Of a DNA stretch of 64,000 nucleotides, positions 12,001-17,429 are shown one piece after another (position 1 is the stretch's first letter; the number at the start of each line of letters is the position of its first letter). This DNA is from Calditrichia bacterium (lineage in GTDB: Bacteria; Calditrichota; Calditrichia; Calditrichales; J004), in contig JALTKX010000085.1 in the NCBI GenBank assembly GCA_027006055.1, positions 668 through 64,667 of the forward strand, written 5' to 3'. The notes below the pieces were generated by a model. That model did not search any database. It saw only the letters and a list, made by a program, of their open reading frames with translations, and was not told where the DNA came from. A program made the translations under genes and the position numbers.

Positions 12001-12400
12001 AATGCTGACGGAGATGTTTAAGCGCTATTTTGAGGTGGATACCGAAGCGCTGCGCAAGCTACCCGAGGACGAGCAGTTCCGGGTGGTGCTCAAAAAGGCC
12101 AAAAAGGTGAAAGTGGTGCCCCGTTTTGTGCGGGTTGCCGACTTTCAGCGCTACATCACCGTGAACGAGACACAGATTCAGGCCTGGCTCAAATACAGGC
12201 ACAAACCGCTGCCGGGAGCCGTTCATCTGTTCCGCTCCGAAGAGAACCGGGACAAGGGCGATTTACGCTGGGGCGAACTGTGCGGGCAGGTGCATATCAT
12301 CGACGTGCCGGGCGATCATATAGCGATGCTTCAAAACCCCGATGTGCGCGAACTGGCCCAGGCCATGGACGCCTTGCTGAAGGAGAACATCAAAGCCTGA
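2..12400 (+). CDS. Non-ribosomal peptide synthetase, 5'-partial (runs off left window edge); visible domain string (C)-A-T-C-A-T-C-A-T-C-A-T-TE
   Basis: The frame is open from nt 2 and begins inside the C-terminal lobe of a condensation domain. It has four AMP-binding cores (YTSGTTGQAKG, then YTSGSTGRPKG x3), four carrier motifs (GGHSL), three HHIISD(D/G)WS condensation motifs and a terminal GSWSLG hydrolase. Stop codon at 12398-12400. Confidence 0.97.
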   Translation, partial: QMEQIEVDAGTSTFDITVSLADQTKGLLASVEYCTDLFERETIERFIRQYENLLAAAIERPGSPISKLPVLNAREEHLILKEWNHSDVHYDWRRCMHHLVEEEARRQPGAAAVAIAGRYLTYEQLNRRANQLARHLRTMGVGPETPVGISLEKSLDLMVAVLGVLKAGGGYVPMDPDYPPERLAYMISDSATPVLITHSHLLERLPQTQAEILCLDSERETLEGYETDNPDVPVLPQNMAYMIYTSGTTGQAKGTVISHQSWVNSYYAWEEAYELKTRCRSHLQMANFSFDVFAGDTIRALASGGKMTLIPRETLLNAEMLYREMLREQITIAEFVPAVLRNLTGYLDEIGKDLSFMRCLIAGSDAWYVGEYRRFMEYGGSETRLINSFGLTEAAIDSTYFEASKLDLPADRNVPIGRPFANMQVYIVDSHLNPQPIGVPGEICVGGAGVARGYHGRPELTAEKFIPDPFGGQPGARMYRTGDKGKFLPDGNIEFMGRIDFQVKLRGFRIELGEIESGLARHPAIDHAVVIVREDAPGDKRLVAYYTLEREPAPGLSALKSFLLEKLPDYMIPNAFVRLEEIPLTPNGKVDRKALPKPDEKDFGAMESYVAPRNEAEEKMAAVWAEVLGLEKVGVNNNFFDLGGHSLLATQLISRVRETFDLDIPLRSIFEHPTVAGLAEKTEIARRGTPTVQAPPIMAVSRSGELPLSFAQQRLWFLEELEPGTANYNIPESVRIKGKLDADLFQRCLNTIIARHENLRTNFISRDGHPALVIHKERTVELERFDLRAMEAEEREREAPRIADRFAKTIFNLSEGPLLRAGLIHMGEDDFILLVTIHHIISDDWSTQVFIRELGILYEAFLRDEPSPLPPLPVQYADFAHWQQTWLSGEVLEEQLAFWQKTLDGVSPVLELPTDRPRPKVPSQRGSYLTFSFTPAESAEINTFTRDHGLTPFMTLLGAFETLLYRYSGQESFSIGTPIANRNRAETEPLIGFFVNTLVLPARLESRPTFNRLLEQIRETALDAFAHQDVPFEKIVDRLQPERSMSHTPLFQVMFALQNAGKPASGRADDPDAAFRVEPVEAHSGMSKFDITLFMLEQEEAWAGAFEYATDLFDAETMERMAAHFRLLTMQLIRHPHTSIEAVPFIDERERALLITEYNTPPAPPLPFDNIVSLLEDQAERSADKIALEQDGVRYSYGEFNNEVNRLAHLLIEKGLGAEQRVGLCFERGPEMIIALFAILKSGAAYVPIDPAYPAERIAYMTDDAGLALILYHQPTAAVLESLSPDVPRQAVTLSPREPSGGQISNPQTALAAEQLAYMIYTSGSTGRPKGTLITHGGLMHYLNWASRGYPLKEGRGSLVHSTLAFDATVTAVYTPLLNGQTITLADNGNDLEALAGALTRYKDFNIVKITPAHLELLAHQIPPAQAAALSRAFVIGGENLSADQIAFWQKYAPDAHLFNEYGPTETVVGCVVFDARGWQGQGSVPIGRSIPGTPVYVLDSRLQPAPHGVPGELYIGGAGVARGYHRRPELTAERFLPDPFGPPGSRMYKTDDIVRYLNNGLLIFLGRADDQVKVRGYRIELGEIESLLNEQPQVREAVVVVREDAPGDKRIVAYWVPADKAAQPEALRQALALALPEYMQPTAFVPLESIPLTPNGKVDRKALPAPELDRSALSREYIAPETESERKLAEIWAALLQVEQVGKLDNFFELGGHSLLATQLMARIREQFSLEAPLRLLFETPTLEGLAGRLDTLEAGATAALPPLKPMPREEPLPLSFAQQRLWFLDQLNPGSALYNIPAAFILKGELDHEALRRTLNAIAERHETLRSTFDSLQGKPFVVIHDHLEPEIEFRDIRETEPAERQRRARRMAAEEAIRPFDLHKGPLLRLSVIRLEEQSHLLILNMHHIISDGWSTSVLMREVSLLYRAFALGETAPLPPLPLQYTDYAIWQRRWLVDEALEEQMAYWKEKIGLNPPPLQLPTDHARPAMQTFNGAVLDYALDTKLTEAVKTLALANNHTLYMVLMAVWKILMFKYSGQETIFTGTPVANRRFRETEPLIGFFVNTLVMRADIDNGLTFMDVLDQIRQNSLEAQAHQDIPFEQLVDALVQERDMSRSPLFQVMFVLQNTPAAAMENDGLTIEAFESDEQIAKFDLTLSMLESPSGLKAQLEYNTDLFKAATARRIMEHFRLLLQQVTAEPGRPVGALSLMDDEALAAQSRFLVGGAHPFPDEHLIHQLFEQTAEAFATKEALRYKHESYTFNDLNRAANRRAHQLRRAGLKAEQLVGISLERSPHMVIALLAVLKAGGVYVPIDPEYPDERIRYILKDAGIGMLLTTKKTMQRLRSVLERNGPETILFLDEEADEKLPDDNPMAVNHPRNMAYMIYTSGSTGRPKGTMVEHRSLCNLTTFQIKDFLLNEHKRCLQFASFSFDASVSEIFTTLVSGATLVLADKEEMMPGPGLVRLMRDEHITTITLPPSVSALLEPEDFPELETLVSAGEALSPEVANRWRINNRRLINAYGPTENTVCATRHVLHHPEEHSSVPIGSPIDNVRVYVLDSRLQPQPFGVPGELYLAGDSLSRGYFKRPDLTAERFVPEPFSGIPGARMYRTGDRVRLLDSGLLEFLGRMDEQLKLRGFRIEPGEIEHQLRQYPAVTDAVVMVREAAGQQHLVAYYIASGEIETGALRAHMAGRLPHYMQPAAYVHLQSFPLTPNGKVDKRALPEPQWSASDTQRPYQAPRNEDEAKMAGIWREVLNREKISIHDNFFEIGGHSLLATQLVSRVRDLFETEVELRLLFEAPTISAFTAQVLQSALQGGAGRGIPLAPVERNQRLPLSFAQQRLWFLDQLAPDQSFYNIPASIRHRGKLNIGAFKKTVEALIMRHEVLRTTFGVEEGQPYQIIHPRSITEVDVIDLTTVEEQAREEEARRLVNEEANESFDLELGPLFRAKIVIIAPDDHLVLFTMHHIISDGWSVGILMREFTILYQSFERGRENPLPPLPLQYADYAVWQRSWLKDEELQKQIDYWKEHIGLNPPVLQLPLDFQRPAVQTFNGDSLPFTVEQETLEKLKAFGQQEGVTLFMTLLAAFQTFLHHYSGQDEILVGSPIANRTRSETEALIGFFVNTLVFRADFDERLTFRQLLARTRKDTLDAYGHQDLPFEQLVEILQPERDMSHSPVFQVMFVLQNTPSGEVDMGDSRIRPIEAEQKIAKYDLSLIAMESPHGLQVEFEYNTDLFHEKTIRRMQERFAFLLEMLADQCDRPVSALYLLPDKEREKVLALGRGQRHPAPGRELIQHLFEETVLRYPHHTAVVFKDRSLSFKELNERANRLARFLRDSGVGPEKLVAISLERSVEMVVGLLAVIKAGGVYVPVDPDYPLERISYILEDAKSPWLLTSRALGERFRDLDARLIMLDDPLPGAYREKTENPRYLNQLENLAYVIYTSGSTGRPKGTMLTHRGLCNLTLRQIEDFQLTPERRCLQFASFSFDASVSEIFTTLVSGAALYLMDRTTQTSTKKLTGLMRDSRITTVTLPPSLLTILKDEPLPDLHTLISAGEALAPDLARHWSAKCRLLNAYGPTENTVCASRYEVSPEEKRATIPIGAALGNVRLYVLDENMNLTPTGLPGELYLAGTNLARGYLNRPDLTAERFLPDPFDGEPGARMYRTGDRVRWLESGHLEFLGRADSQLKVRGFRIEPGEIEARMRSHPAVKDAVLNLARGGNGVSYLAAYVIWKEEARPEALKTALSEHLPDYMVPAVYIALEQIPLTPNGKVDYRALPQAALQAETAGSEYIAPRNAMETRLAEIWETILGVTNVGVRHSFFELGGHSLMAMQLLNAIEKQFKKDVTLIDFFKEPTIEHLAALLTEEHTEESGVRLMQLAKGAANRPAVFFVHPSGGAVHHYQELAGRLTAGLRFYGIQAQGLDGKTPLHKTIEEMAEAYIGAMKEEQAEGPYILGSWSLGVIISYEMARQLRARGDEVALLMQLDQGPFVEHKSPEDTAEMLTEMFKRYFEVDTEALRKLPEDEQFRVVLKKAKKVKVVPRFVRVADFQRYITVNETQIQAWLKYRHKPLPGAVHLFRSEENRDKGDLRWGELCGQVHIIDVPGDHIAMLQNPDVRELAQAMDALLKENIKA
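290..1790 (+). other. Adenylation domain 1; by-eye Stachelhaus code DVGEIGSIDK (ornithine)
   Basis: Anchors: LTYEQLN (A1), MAYMIYTSGTTGQAKG (A3, about nt 716-765), FDVFAG (235/236/239), AEFVP (278=E), CLIAGSD (299=I, 301=G), NSFGLTEAAID (322=S, 330=I, 331=D), PNGKVDRKALP (K517). Boundaries are approximate. Confidence 0.75.
1826..2046 (+). other. Carrier (T/PCP) domain 1
   Basis: FFDLGGHSLLATQ motif. The phosphopantetheine-accepting Ser codon is tcc at 1937-1939. Confidence 0.9.
2117..3440 (+). other. Condensation domain (LCL-like) of module 2
   Basis: Starts with LPLSFAQQRLWFLEEL. The HHIISDD active-site motif is at 2513-2533. Boundaries are approximate. Confidence 0.85.
3515..4996 (+). other. 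Adenylation domain 2; by-eye Stachelhaus code DATKVGEVGK (asparagine)
   Basis: Anchors: LAYMIYTSGSTGRPKG (about 3946-3995), FDATVT, VKITPAH (278=K when the TP is aligned to GrsA P280-P281), FVIGGEN (299=V, 301=G), NEYGPTETVVG (322=E, 330=V, 331=G), PNGKVDRKALP. Confidence 0.7.
5033..5260 (+). other. Carrier (T/PCP) domain 2
   Basis: FFELGGHSLLATQ motif. Ser codon tcc at 5144-5146. Confidence 0.9.
5321..6640 (+). other. Condensation domain (LCL-like) of module 3
   Basis: Starts with LPLSFAQQRLWFLDQL. HHIISDG motif at 5717-5737. Confidence 0.85.
6700..8170 (+). other. Adenylation domain 3; by-eye Stachelhaus code DASTVAAVCK (tyrosine)
   Basis: Anchors: MAYMIYTSGSTGRPKG (about 7139-7186), FDASVS, ITLPP (278=T, gap-free against GrsA numbering), TLVSAGE (299=V, 301=A), NAYGPTENTVC (322=A, 330=V, 331=C), PNGKVDKRALP. 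Confidence 0.75.
8204..8430 (+). other. Carrier (T/PCP) domain 3
   Basis: FFEIGGHSLLATQ motif. Ser codon tcc at 8315-8317. Confidence 0.9.
8495..9815 (+). other. Condensation domain (LCL-like) of module 4
   Basis: Starts with LPLSFAQQRLWFLDQL. HHIISDG motif at 8891-8911. Confidence 0.85.
9872..11335 (+). other. Adenylation domain 4; by-eye Stachelhaus code DASTIAAVCK (tyrosine / aromatic)
   Basis: Anchors: LAYVIYTSGSTGRPKG (about 10304-10350), FDASVS, VTLPP (278=T), TLISAGE (299=I, 301=A), NAYGPTENTVC, PNGKVDYRALP. Confidence 0.72.
11369..11600 (+). other. Carrier (T/PCP) domain 4
   Basis: FFELGGHSLMAMQ motif. Ser codon tcg at 11480-11482. Confidence 0.9.
11640..12397 (+). other. Terminal thioesterase (TE) release domain
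   Basis: VFFVHPSGG oxyanion-type start and a GSWSLG nucleophile elbow (Ser codon 11873-11875). A C-terminal PGDH segment is consistent with the catalytic His. It is the last domain before the stop codon. Confidence 0.88.
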
Positions 12401-12490
12401 GAGCGCCGGCCGCCGCGGGCGGACTAATTTTTTTGTTCGATAGTAAAAAAAAGTTAAGTTTAGCAAAAAATAGTAACTAAAAGCCAGAGT

Positions 12491-13906
12491 ATGAGTCATA
12501 ACGAAACCGCAACGCTGAAGAACGAGGGGCACAGCCTGTCCACAAGCAACAAGTTGTTCAATCGCAACTATCTTATGTTGTTTCAGGGACAGTTTGTAAG
12601 CCGCCTGGGTAACAGCATCTACTCCATCGCCATCATGATCTGGCTGAAACAGATCACCGATTCGGGAACGGTTATGGGCATATTTGCCGCCTCCACGGCC
12701 CTGCCCATGATTATGATGAGCGCCATCGGCGGCGCCGTGGCCGACCGTCTCCCGCGTAAGGCCATCATCGTCGGTACCGATGTGGTTAGCGGGCTGGCCA
12801 TGTTGTTCCTGGCGGCAACCTTTTACGCGAATCTGCCGCCGGTTTACAGTATCGCGGGGGTCTTTATCGCCGGGCTGATCATGTCTACCATGCGCGCGTT
12901 TTTCGGGCCGGCCATCAATGCGGCCATCCCCGATCTTGTTCCGGAAAAACGCATTTCCGGCGCCAATTCCATGGGCAAGTTGTCGGAAAAATTCAGCCAG
13001 TTTTTCGGCTATTTTTTCGGCAGCCAACTGCTTATGATTCTTGGCCTGCCCATTCTGGTTATCATCAACGGCGTCAGTTATCTTTTATCCGCCTTCAGCG
13101 AATCGTTCATCCACATCCCGCAGCGCCTGCCGGAAAAAACAAAGGGGGTAAAGGCGTATCTGCGGGCCTTTAAGACTGATATTGGCGAAGGGCTGCGCTA
13201 TATTGGCCGGAACCGGGGGTTAAAAAAACTGCTCTACCTCTCCATTTCCACGGCCTTTTTCTCCACGCCGATCATGATCCTGTTGATTTTTTACGTGACC
13301 GATTTTTTAAAGCTCGGCGAGCAATGGTTCGGTTATTTTCTGATCGATTTCGGGGTCGGTTCCCTGGTGGGCACCATCATCGTCAGCATCTTTAACGTGC
13401 ATGGCGCCGCCCGGAAATTCTTTCTGATACTCTTTTTAATTTTCGAAGCGGTGGGTTATGCTCTGCTCGGTCAGGTTTCTTCCGCGGAGCAGGCCCTGGC
13501 CCTGGTGTTCATCGGCGGAGTGATGAACGGGTTCACCACCATCAGCATTTTTACCCTGATGCAGATTACCACCCCCAGTAAAATCCGCGGCCGCATCTTT
13601 GGCACGCTGACCACCCTTTCCGGCGCCATCGCTCCCCTGGGCATGGCCCTGGGCGGTTTTTTATACGACTTTTTCGACAAGGACATCGCCATGATCTACG
13701 GCATATCCGGCGCCGGTATGCTGGTGGCGGTATTCTTTGTCTCGCTGAGCAGGGACTTCCGGCGTTTTATCGCCTATCAAACCCCGGAACAACTCGGTCA
13801 TACCGGCTTCAGCTATACGATAAAAAAAGTACACAAAAATCAAATTTTAGAACAAAAAGAACGTTTCATTGAAGAACAATTCAAAAAAACAAGGAGTCAA
13901 TTATGA
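12491..13906 (+). CDS. MFS transporter (EntS/MFS_3-like putative exporter)
   Basis: 471 aa with about 12 hydrophobic helices. The N-terminal [22 protein letters not shown] plus [11 protein letters not shown] loop is typical of the MFS_3 drug/siderophore exporter type. Its stop overlaps the next start by 4 nt (ATGA). Confidence 0.85.
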   Translation: MSHNETATLKNEGHSLSTSNKLFNRNYLMLFQGQFVSRLGNSIYSIAIMIWLKQITDSGTVMGIFAASTALPMIMMSAIGGAVADRLPRKAIIVGTDVVSGLAMLFLAATFYANLPPVYSIAGVFIAGLIMSTMRAFFGPAINAAIPDLVPEKRISGANSMGKLSEKFSQFFGYFFGSQLLMILGLPILVIINGVSYLLSAFSESFIHIPQRLPEKTKGVKAYLRAFKTDIGEGLRYIGRNRGLKKLLYLSISTAFFSTPIMILLIFYVTDFLKLGEQWFGYFLIDFGVGSLVGTIIVSIFNVHGAARKFFLILFLIFEAVGYALLGQVSSAEQALALVFIGGVMNGFTTISIFTLMQITTPSKIRGRIFGTLTTLSGAIAPLGMALGGFLYDFFDKDIAMIYGISGAGMLVAVFFVSLSRDFRRFIAYQTPEQLGHTGFSYTIKKVHKNQILEQKERFIEEQFKKTRSQL

Positions 13907-14115
13907 GTGAAGAACGCGAGGACAAAACCGTATATAAGGTTGTTGTTAACGACGAAGAGCAATACTCAATTTGGCCGGCCGACCGCGAGAACGCGCCGGG
14001 TTGGAAAGACGCGGGCAAATCGGGCAGCAAGCAGGAATGCCTCGATTATGTGAAAGAGGTCTGGACCGATATGCGTCCCAAGAGCCTGCGCGAAAAAATG
14101 GACGCGCAAAAGTAA
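13903..14115 (+). CDS. MbtH-like protein (adenylation-domain chaperone)
   Basis: 70 aa carrying the MbtH signature [10 protein letters not shown]...PGW...[21 protein letters not shown]. Confidence 0.93.
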   Translation: MSEEREDKTVYKVVVNDEEQYSIWPADRENAPGWKDAGKSGSKQECLDYVKEVWTDMRPKSLREKMDAQK

Positions 14116-14123
14116 ATCCGTTT

Positions 14124-14145
14124 CATCGCCGGGAAACCGGCGATG
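14124..14145 (+). other. Perfect 9-bp stem / GAAA tetraloop RNA hairpin without a U-tract
   Basis: catcgccgg-gaaa-ccggcgatg, 9 nt after the MbtH stop codon. It is followed by catcatag rather than a T run. Confidence 0.6.
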
Positions 14146-14215
14146 CATCATAGTCAAACAACAGACCTTTTATATCCGTCCGGAATACGGCTAATGCATA
14201 ACAGAGGACAGGCGT

Positions 14216-14833
14216 GTGGATTCAAAAAAACTGGTAACCATCCTGACGGCACTATTAGCGGTTGAATGGATATTCGCGGCCATTGCGCCCTATGACCGGA
14301 AAGACTGGCTCCTGGAAAATATCCTGGTCATTCTTTTTGTACCGGTGATCTGGCACAGTGTGTTAAAGGCTCCCCTGAGCAGGCTTTCATACATCTCCCT
14401 GTTTCTCTTTTTATATCTGCATGAGTTGGGCTCGCACTACACCTACGCCCAGGTGCCTTACAAGGAGTGGGCCGCTTCTCTTTTGGGCTGGGACTTAGGC
14501 GGGGGCCGTAATAATTTCGACCGTCTGGTACATTTCCTGTACGGTTTTTTGTTTACCATCCCGGTTATGGAATGGTTTGCCCGTAAATATTCCCTAAGGG
14601 GATTTGTAAAATATTTTTTACCGGTTAATCTGATCATGTCCACCTCCATGATTTATGAACTGATCGAATGGCTGGTGGCGGAACTTTTTGGCGGTGATTT
14701 GGGGCAGGCCTATCTGGGCACCCAGGGCGACGTGTGGGACGCCCATAAGGATATGGCCCTGGCCAGTCTCGGCTCCGTGTTAATAATGGGCCTCTATCTT
14801 CTGTATAAAAAAAGGTACGTGAAAAACAGATGA
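14216..14833 (+). CDS. DUF2238 (E. coli YjdF-like) polytopic inner-membrane protein, function unknown
   Basis: GTG start, 205 aa, 5-6 hydrophobic helices. HELGSHYTY and YELIEW segments match my memory of DUF2238. Its stop overlaps the TEII start by 4 nt. Confidence 0.6.
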   Translation: MDSKKLVTILTALLAVEWIFAAIAPYDRKDWLLENILVILFVPVIWHSVLKAPLSRLSYISLFLFLYLHELGSHYTYAQVPYKEWAASLLGWDLGGGRNNFDRLVHFLYGFLFTIPVMEWFARKYSLRGFVKYFLPVNLIMSTSMIYELIEWLVAELFGGDLGQAYLGTQGDVWDAHKDMALASLGSVLIMGLYLLYKKRYVKNR

Positions 14834-15588
14834 ACAGAACATCGAATCCGTGGCTGGTAAAAAGCGCGGTAAAACAGAACCCGAAATTAAAACTCTTTTG
14901 TCTGCCCTTTGCCGGCGGCAGCAGTGTGGCCTACCGGGATTGGGGCCGTTTGTTACCGGACGGCATAGAGGCCATCGCCGTGGAAATTCCCGGCCGGGGA
15001 CAGCGTCTGATGGAGCCGCTGATCACCAGCCTTCCCGAACTTGTGGAGCAGATAGGCGCCCACATCCGGGATGAACTGGACAGGCCCTATGCCTTTTTCG
15101 GGCACAGCATGGGCGCCACCCTGGCTTATGAACTGAGCCATCATCTGGCCACCCGCTTTAACACGCAACCCGTTTTCCTTTTTCTTTCGGGACGGAGCGC
15201 CCCTCATCTTTGCGACCGGGAAGAACCGATCCACCAACTGCCGGACGAGGACTTCCGCGAGAAAATACGCAGTTTTGAAGGCACACCGCCGGAGATTATG
15301 CAACATAAAGAGCTGATGGAGCTGCTGATGCCGATAATCCGCGCCGATTTTAAGATGGTGGAAACCTATGTTCATGAAAGCCGTCCACCTCTGGATATTC
15401 CCATGAGCCTGTTTGGCGGGCTGGAGGATGAAAGCACCCCGCGCGCACATCTTGACGCCTGGCAGGGCTATACGACGTCCTCGTTTTCCGTGCGCATGTT
15501 TCCCGGCGGACATTTTTTTCTGCAAAAACAGACAGGACGCATACTTGAGCTGATTCTTCGTGACCTTAGCGGAATTATGGCTCTCTAA
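14830..15588 (+). CDS. Type II (editing) thioesterase
   Basis: 252 aa alpha/beta hydrolase with LFCLPFAGGS, a GHSMGA nucleophile elbow and a C-terminal GGHFF His motif. This is the classic TEII layout. Confidence 0.9.
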   Translation: MNRTSNPWLVKSAVKQNPKLKLFCLPFAGGSSVAYRDWGRLLPDGIEAIAVEIPGRGQRLMEPLITSLPELVEQIGAHIRDELDRPYAFFGHSMGATLAYELSHHLATRFNTQPVFLFLSGRSAPHLCDREEPIHQLPDEDFREKIRSFEGTPPEIMQHKELMELLMPIIRADFKMVETYVHESRPPLDIPMSLFGGLEDESTPRAHLDAWQGYTTSSFSVRMFPGGHFFLQKQTGRILELILRDLSGIMAL

Positions 15589-15594
15589 GGTATT

Positions 15595-16317
15595 ATGAAC
15601 AGCGATTTGTGGCATACATATCATGATGAACGGCCCGCCGCGGACGAACTTTTTATCTGGCTGCTCGATTTTGAGCGCCTGGGGAAAAGCACGAGATTTG
15701 AGGCCATGCTAACGGAAGAGGAACGGAATCGCGCCGCGCGTTTTTATTTTGAAAAAGACCGCCGCGCCTTCACCATTACCCGCGGTTATCTTAAGGAACG
15801 CCTGCAAACGTTGAGCGGTTTGCCGGTCGCGGACAGAAACTTTGAGTTTAACAGTCAGGGCAAGCCCTATCTTAAGGGCTCTTCTCTTTTCTTTAACGTA
15901 TCGCATTCGGGAAAAAAAGCGCTTGTGGCCCTGACCCCGCTGGCGCCCGTGGGCGTGGATGTGGAAGCGTTCCGCCCCGATATGGGCACGGAAAAGATAG
16001 CCCGCCGCTTTTTTTCGGAAAAAGAGGTCGCGGAATTCAACGCCCTGCCCCCGGAGCAGCGCCCCCAGGGCTTTTTTAATGCCTGGACGCGCAAGGAGGC
16101 CTTTATAAAGGCCGCGGGACTGGGGCTTTCCATGCCGCTGCACTCTTTTGACGTGAGCCTGACGCCCGGCCGCGAGGCCAGACTGATCGCGGCCCGCCAT
16201 CCCGGATATGACGCGCGGGACTGGCATTTAGACGCGCTGCCTATCGAACCGCCTTATGCGGCGGCTTATTGCATAAAACACACATCCGCCCGGGTTCGCC
16301 TGTGGCTGGCAGAATAA
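15595..16317 (+). CDS. Sfp-type 4'-phosphopantetheinyl transferase
   Basis: FNVSHSG, GVDVE and WTRKEAFIKA motifs. Confidence 0.9.
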   Translation: MNSDLWHTYHDERPAADELFIWLLDFERLGKSTRFEAMLTEEERNRAARFYFEKDRRAFTITRGYLKERLQTLSGLPVADRNFEFNSQGKPYLKGSSLFFNVSHSGKKALVALTPLAPVGVDVEAFRPDMGTEKIARRFFSEKEVAEFNALPPEQRPQGFFNAWTRKEAFIKAAGLGLSMPLHSFDVSLTPGREARLIAARHPGYDARDWHLDALPIEPPYAAAYCIKHTSARVRLWLAE

Positions 16318-16331
16318 GGACAAAGCAAACC

Positions 16332-17429
16332 ATGCAGATACTTGTCGGGACAAAACTTAACAACTGGGTAAAACTTTTTGGCCGTCATTTTAGGGAAATA
16401 CCGGCCGGGAAGCTGGGTGTCGCCCTGCAACTGACCATTACCACCTACTTCCGCAATAACCGTTTTGAAGCGAAAGAGCATGAAGCATATGGCGATAAAA
16501 TAGAAGCGGCCCGGGTAAATCCGGCACCGGTATTCGTTCTGGGCCACTGGCGCAGCGGTACTTCCCATCTGCACCGGCTTTTAAGCCTGGGGGAGCAATT
16601 CACCTACCCCACGGTGTTTGATATATACAGTCCGCACTCCTTTCTGTACACGGCCCCGATGCTTCACGAAAGAATGAAAACAGCTGGCGCGCAAAAAAGA
16701 CCGATGGATCAGATGAAAATAAAATTTGACGATCCCGGCGAGGATGAGTTCGCGCTGGCGGTGATGTCCCTGATGTCCCCCGTGCTGGCCTGGGTATTCC
16801 CTAAATCCACGGCCTTTTACGACCGCTATCTGACCTTTGAAGAAGTGGATCAAAAGGAGATAGACCACTGGAAGGCGCAATTCCTTTACTTTATAAAAAA
16901 GCTGAATACGCGGAATCCCAAACCGGTTATCCTTAAGTCGCCACAACATACGGCGCGTATACGATTGCTTAAGGAGATGTTCCCCGGAGCGCGGTTTATC
17001 CATGTGCACCGCAATCCGTACGATGTTTACAACTCCACGGTTAAACTGTATGAAAAAACCGTGCGCCCCATGCAACTGACCGACAGCATCGCCCCGGAGC
17101 AGATGCGGGAAGGCATTATTGAGCGCTACGCCACCATGTACCGCAATTTTTTCCGGGAGAGCGCTCTTCTTCCGGAAGATCAGTTTTTGGACGTCAGCTA
17201 TGAAGAGTTGGACCGCCAGCCGCTTCAACTGATAGAACGGATATTCAAGCATTTTGGCTTTGAGGGCTATGAAGCCTACGAGCCTTTGCTGAAAGCGCAT
17301 CTTGACAACATAGGAAATTACAAAAAGAACACATATACCCCCGTGGCCGAACCCTGGCTTTCGCGCCTGAACAGGGAATGGGCCATTGCCTTTGATAAAT
17401 GGAATTATCCTCTAAAAACGGAGAACTAA
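16332..17429 (+). CDS. PAPS-dependent sulfotransferase family protein (ST1)
   Basis: 5'-PSB loop GHWRSGTSHL and a 3'-PB-like KSPQHTARIRLLKEMFPGARFIHVHRNPYDV. I prefer the ATG at 16332 (AAGGA 13 nt upstream) over the tracked 16269, which overlaps the PPTase gene. Confidence 0.82.
   Translation: MQILVGTKLNNWVKLFGRHFREIPAGKLGVALQLTITTYFRNNRFEAKEHEAYGDKIEAARVNPAPVFVLGHWRSGTSHLHRLLSLGEQFTYPTVFDIYSPHSFLYTAPMLHERMKTAGAQKRPMDQMKIKFDDPGEDEFALAVMSLMSPVLAWVFPKSTAFYDRYLTFEEVDQKEIDHWKAQFLYFIKKLNTRNPKPVILKSPQHTARIRLLKEMFPGARFIHVHRNPYDVYNSTVKLYEKTVRPMQLTDSIAPEQMREGIIERYATMYRNFFRESALLPEDQFLDVSYEELDRQPLQLIERIFKHFGFEGYEAYEPLLKAHLDNIGNYKKNTYTPVAEPWLSRLNREWAIAFDKWNYPLKTEN

Noticed and set aside
12410-12434. A possible terminator between the NRPS and the MFS gene (ccgcc-gcg-ggcgg followed by actaattttttt).
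   Set aside because: It has only a 5-bp stem with a 3-nt loop, and the T run is separated from the stem by 5 nt. This is too weak to call. The genes are probably co-transcribed or at most attenuated.
2-15588. The idea that the NRPS cluster makes a siderophore, based on the Orn module, the MbtH-like protein and the EntS-like MFS exporter.
   Set aside because: The window contains no ornithine N-hydroxylase, N-acyl/formyl transferase, catechol or salicylate genes, TonB-dependent receptor or periplasmic binding protein. MbtH and MFS genes are generic NRPS accessories. The feoAB genes lie 28 kb away and are unrelated. The idea is not excluded, because the upstream part of the cluster is missing, but it is unsupported.
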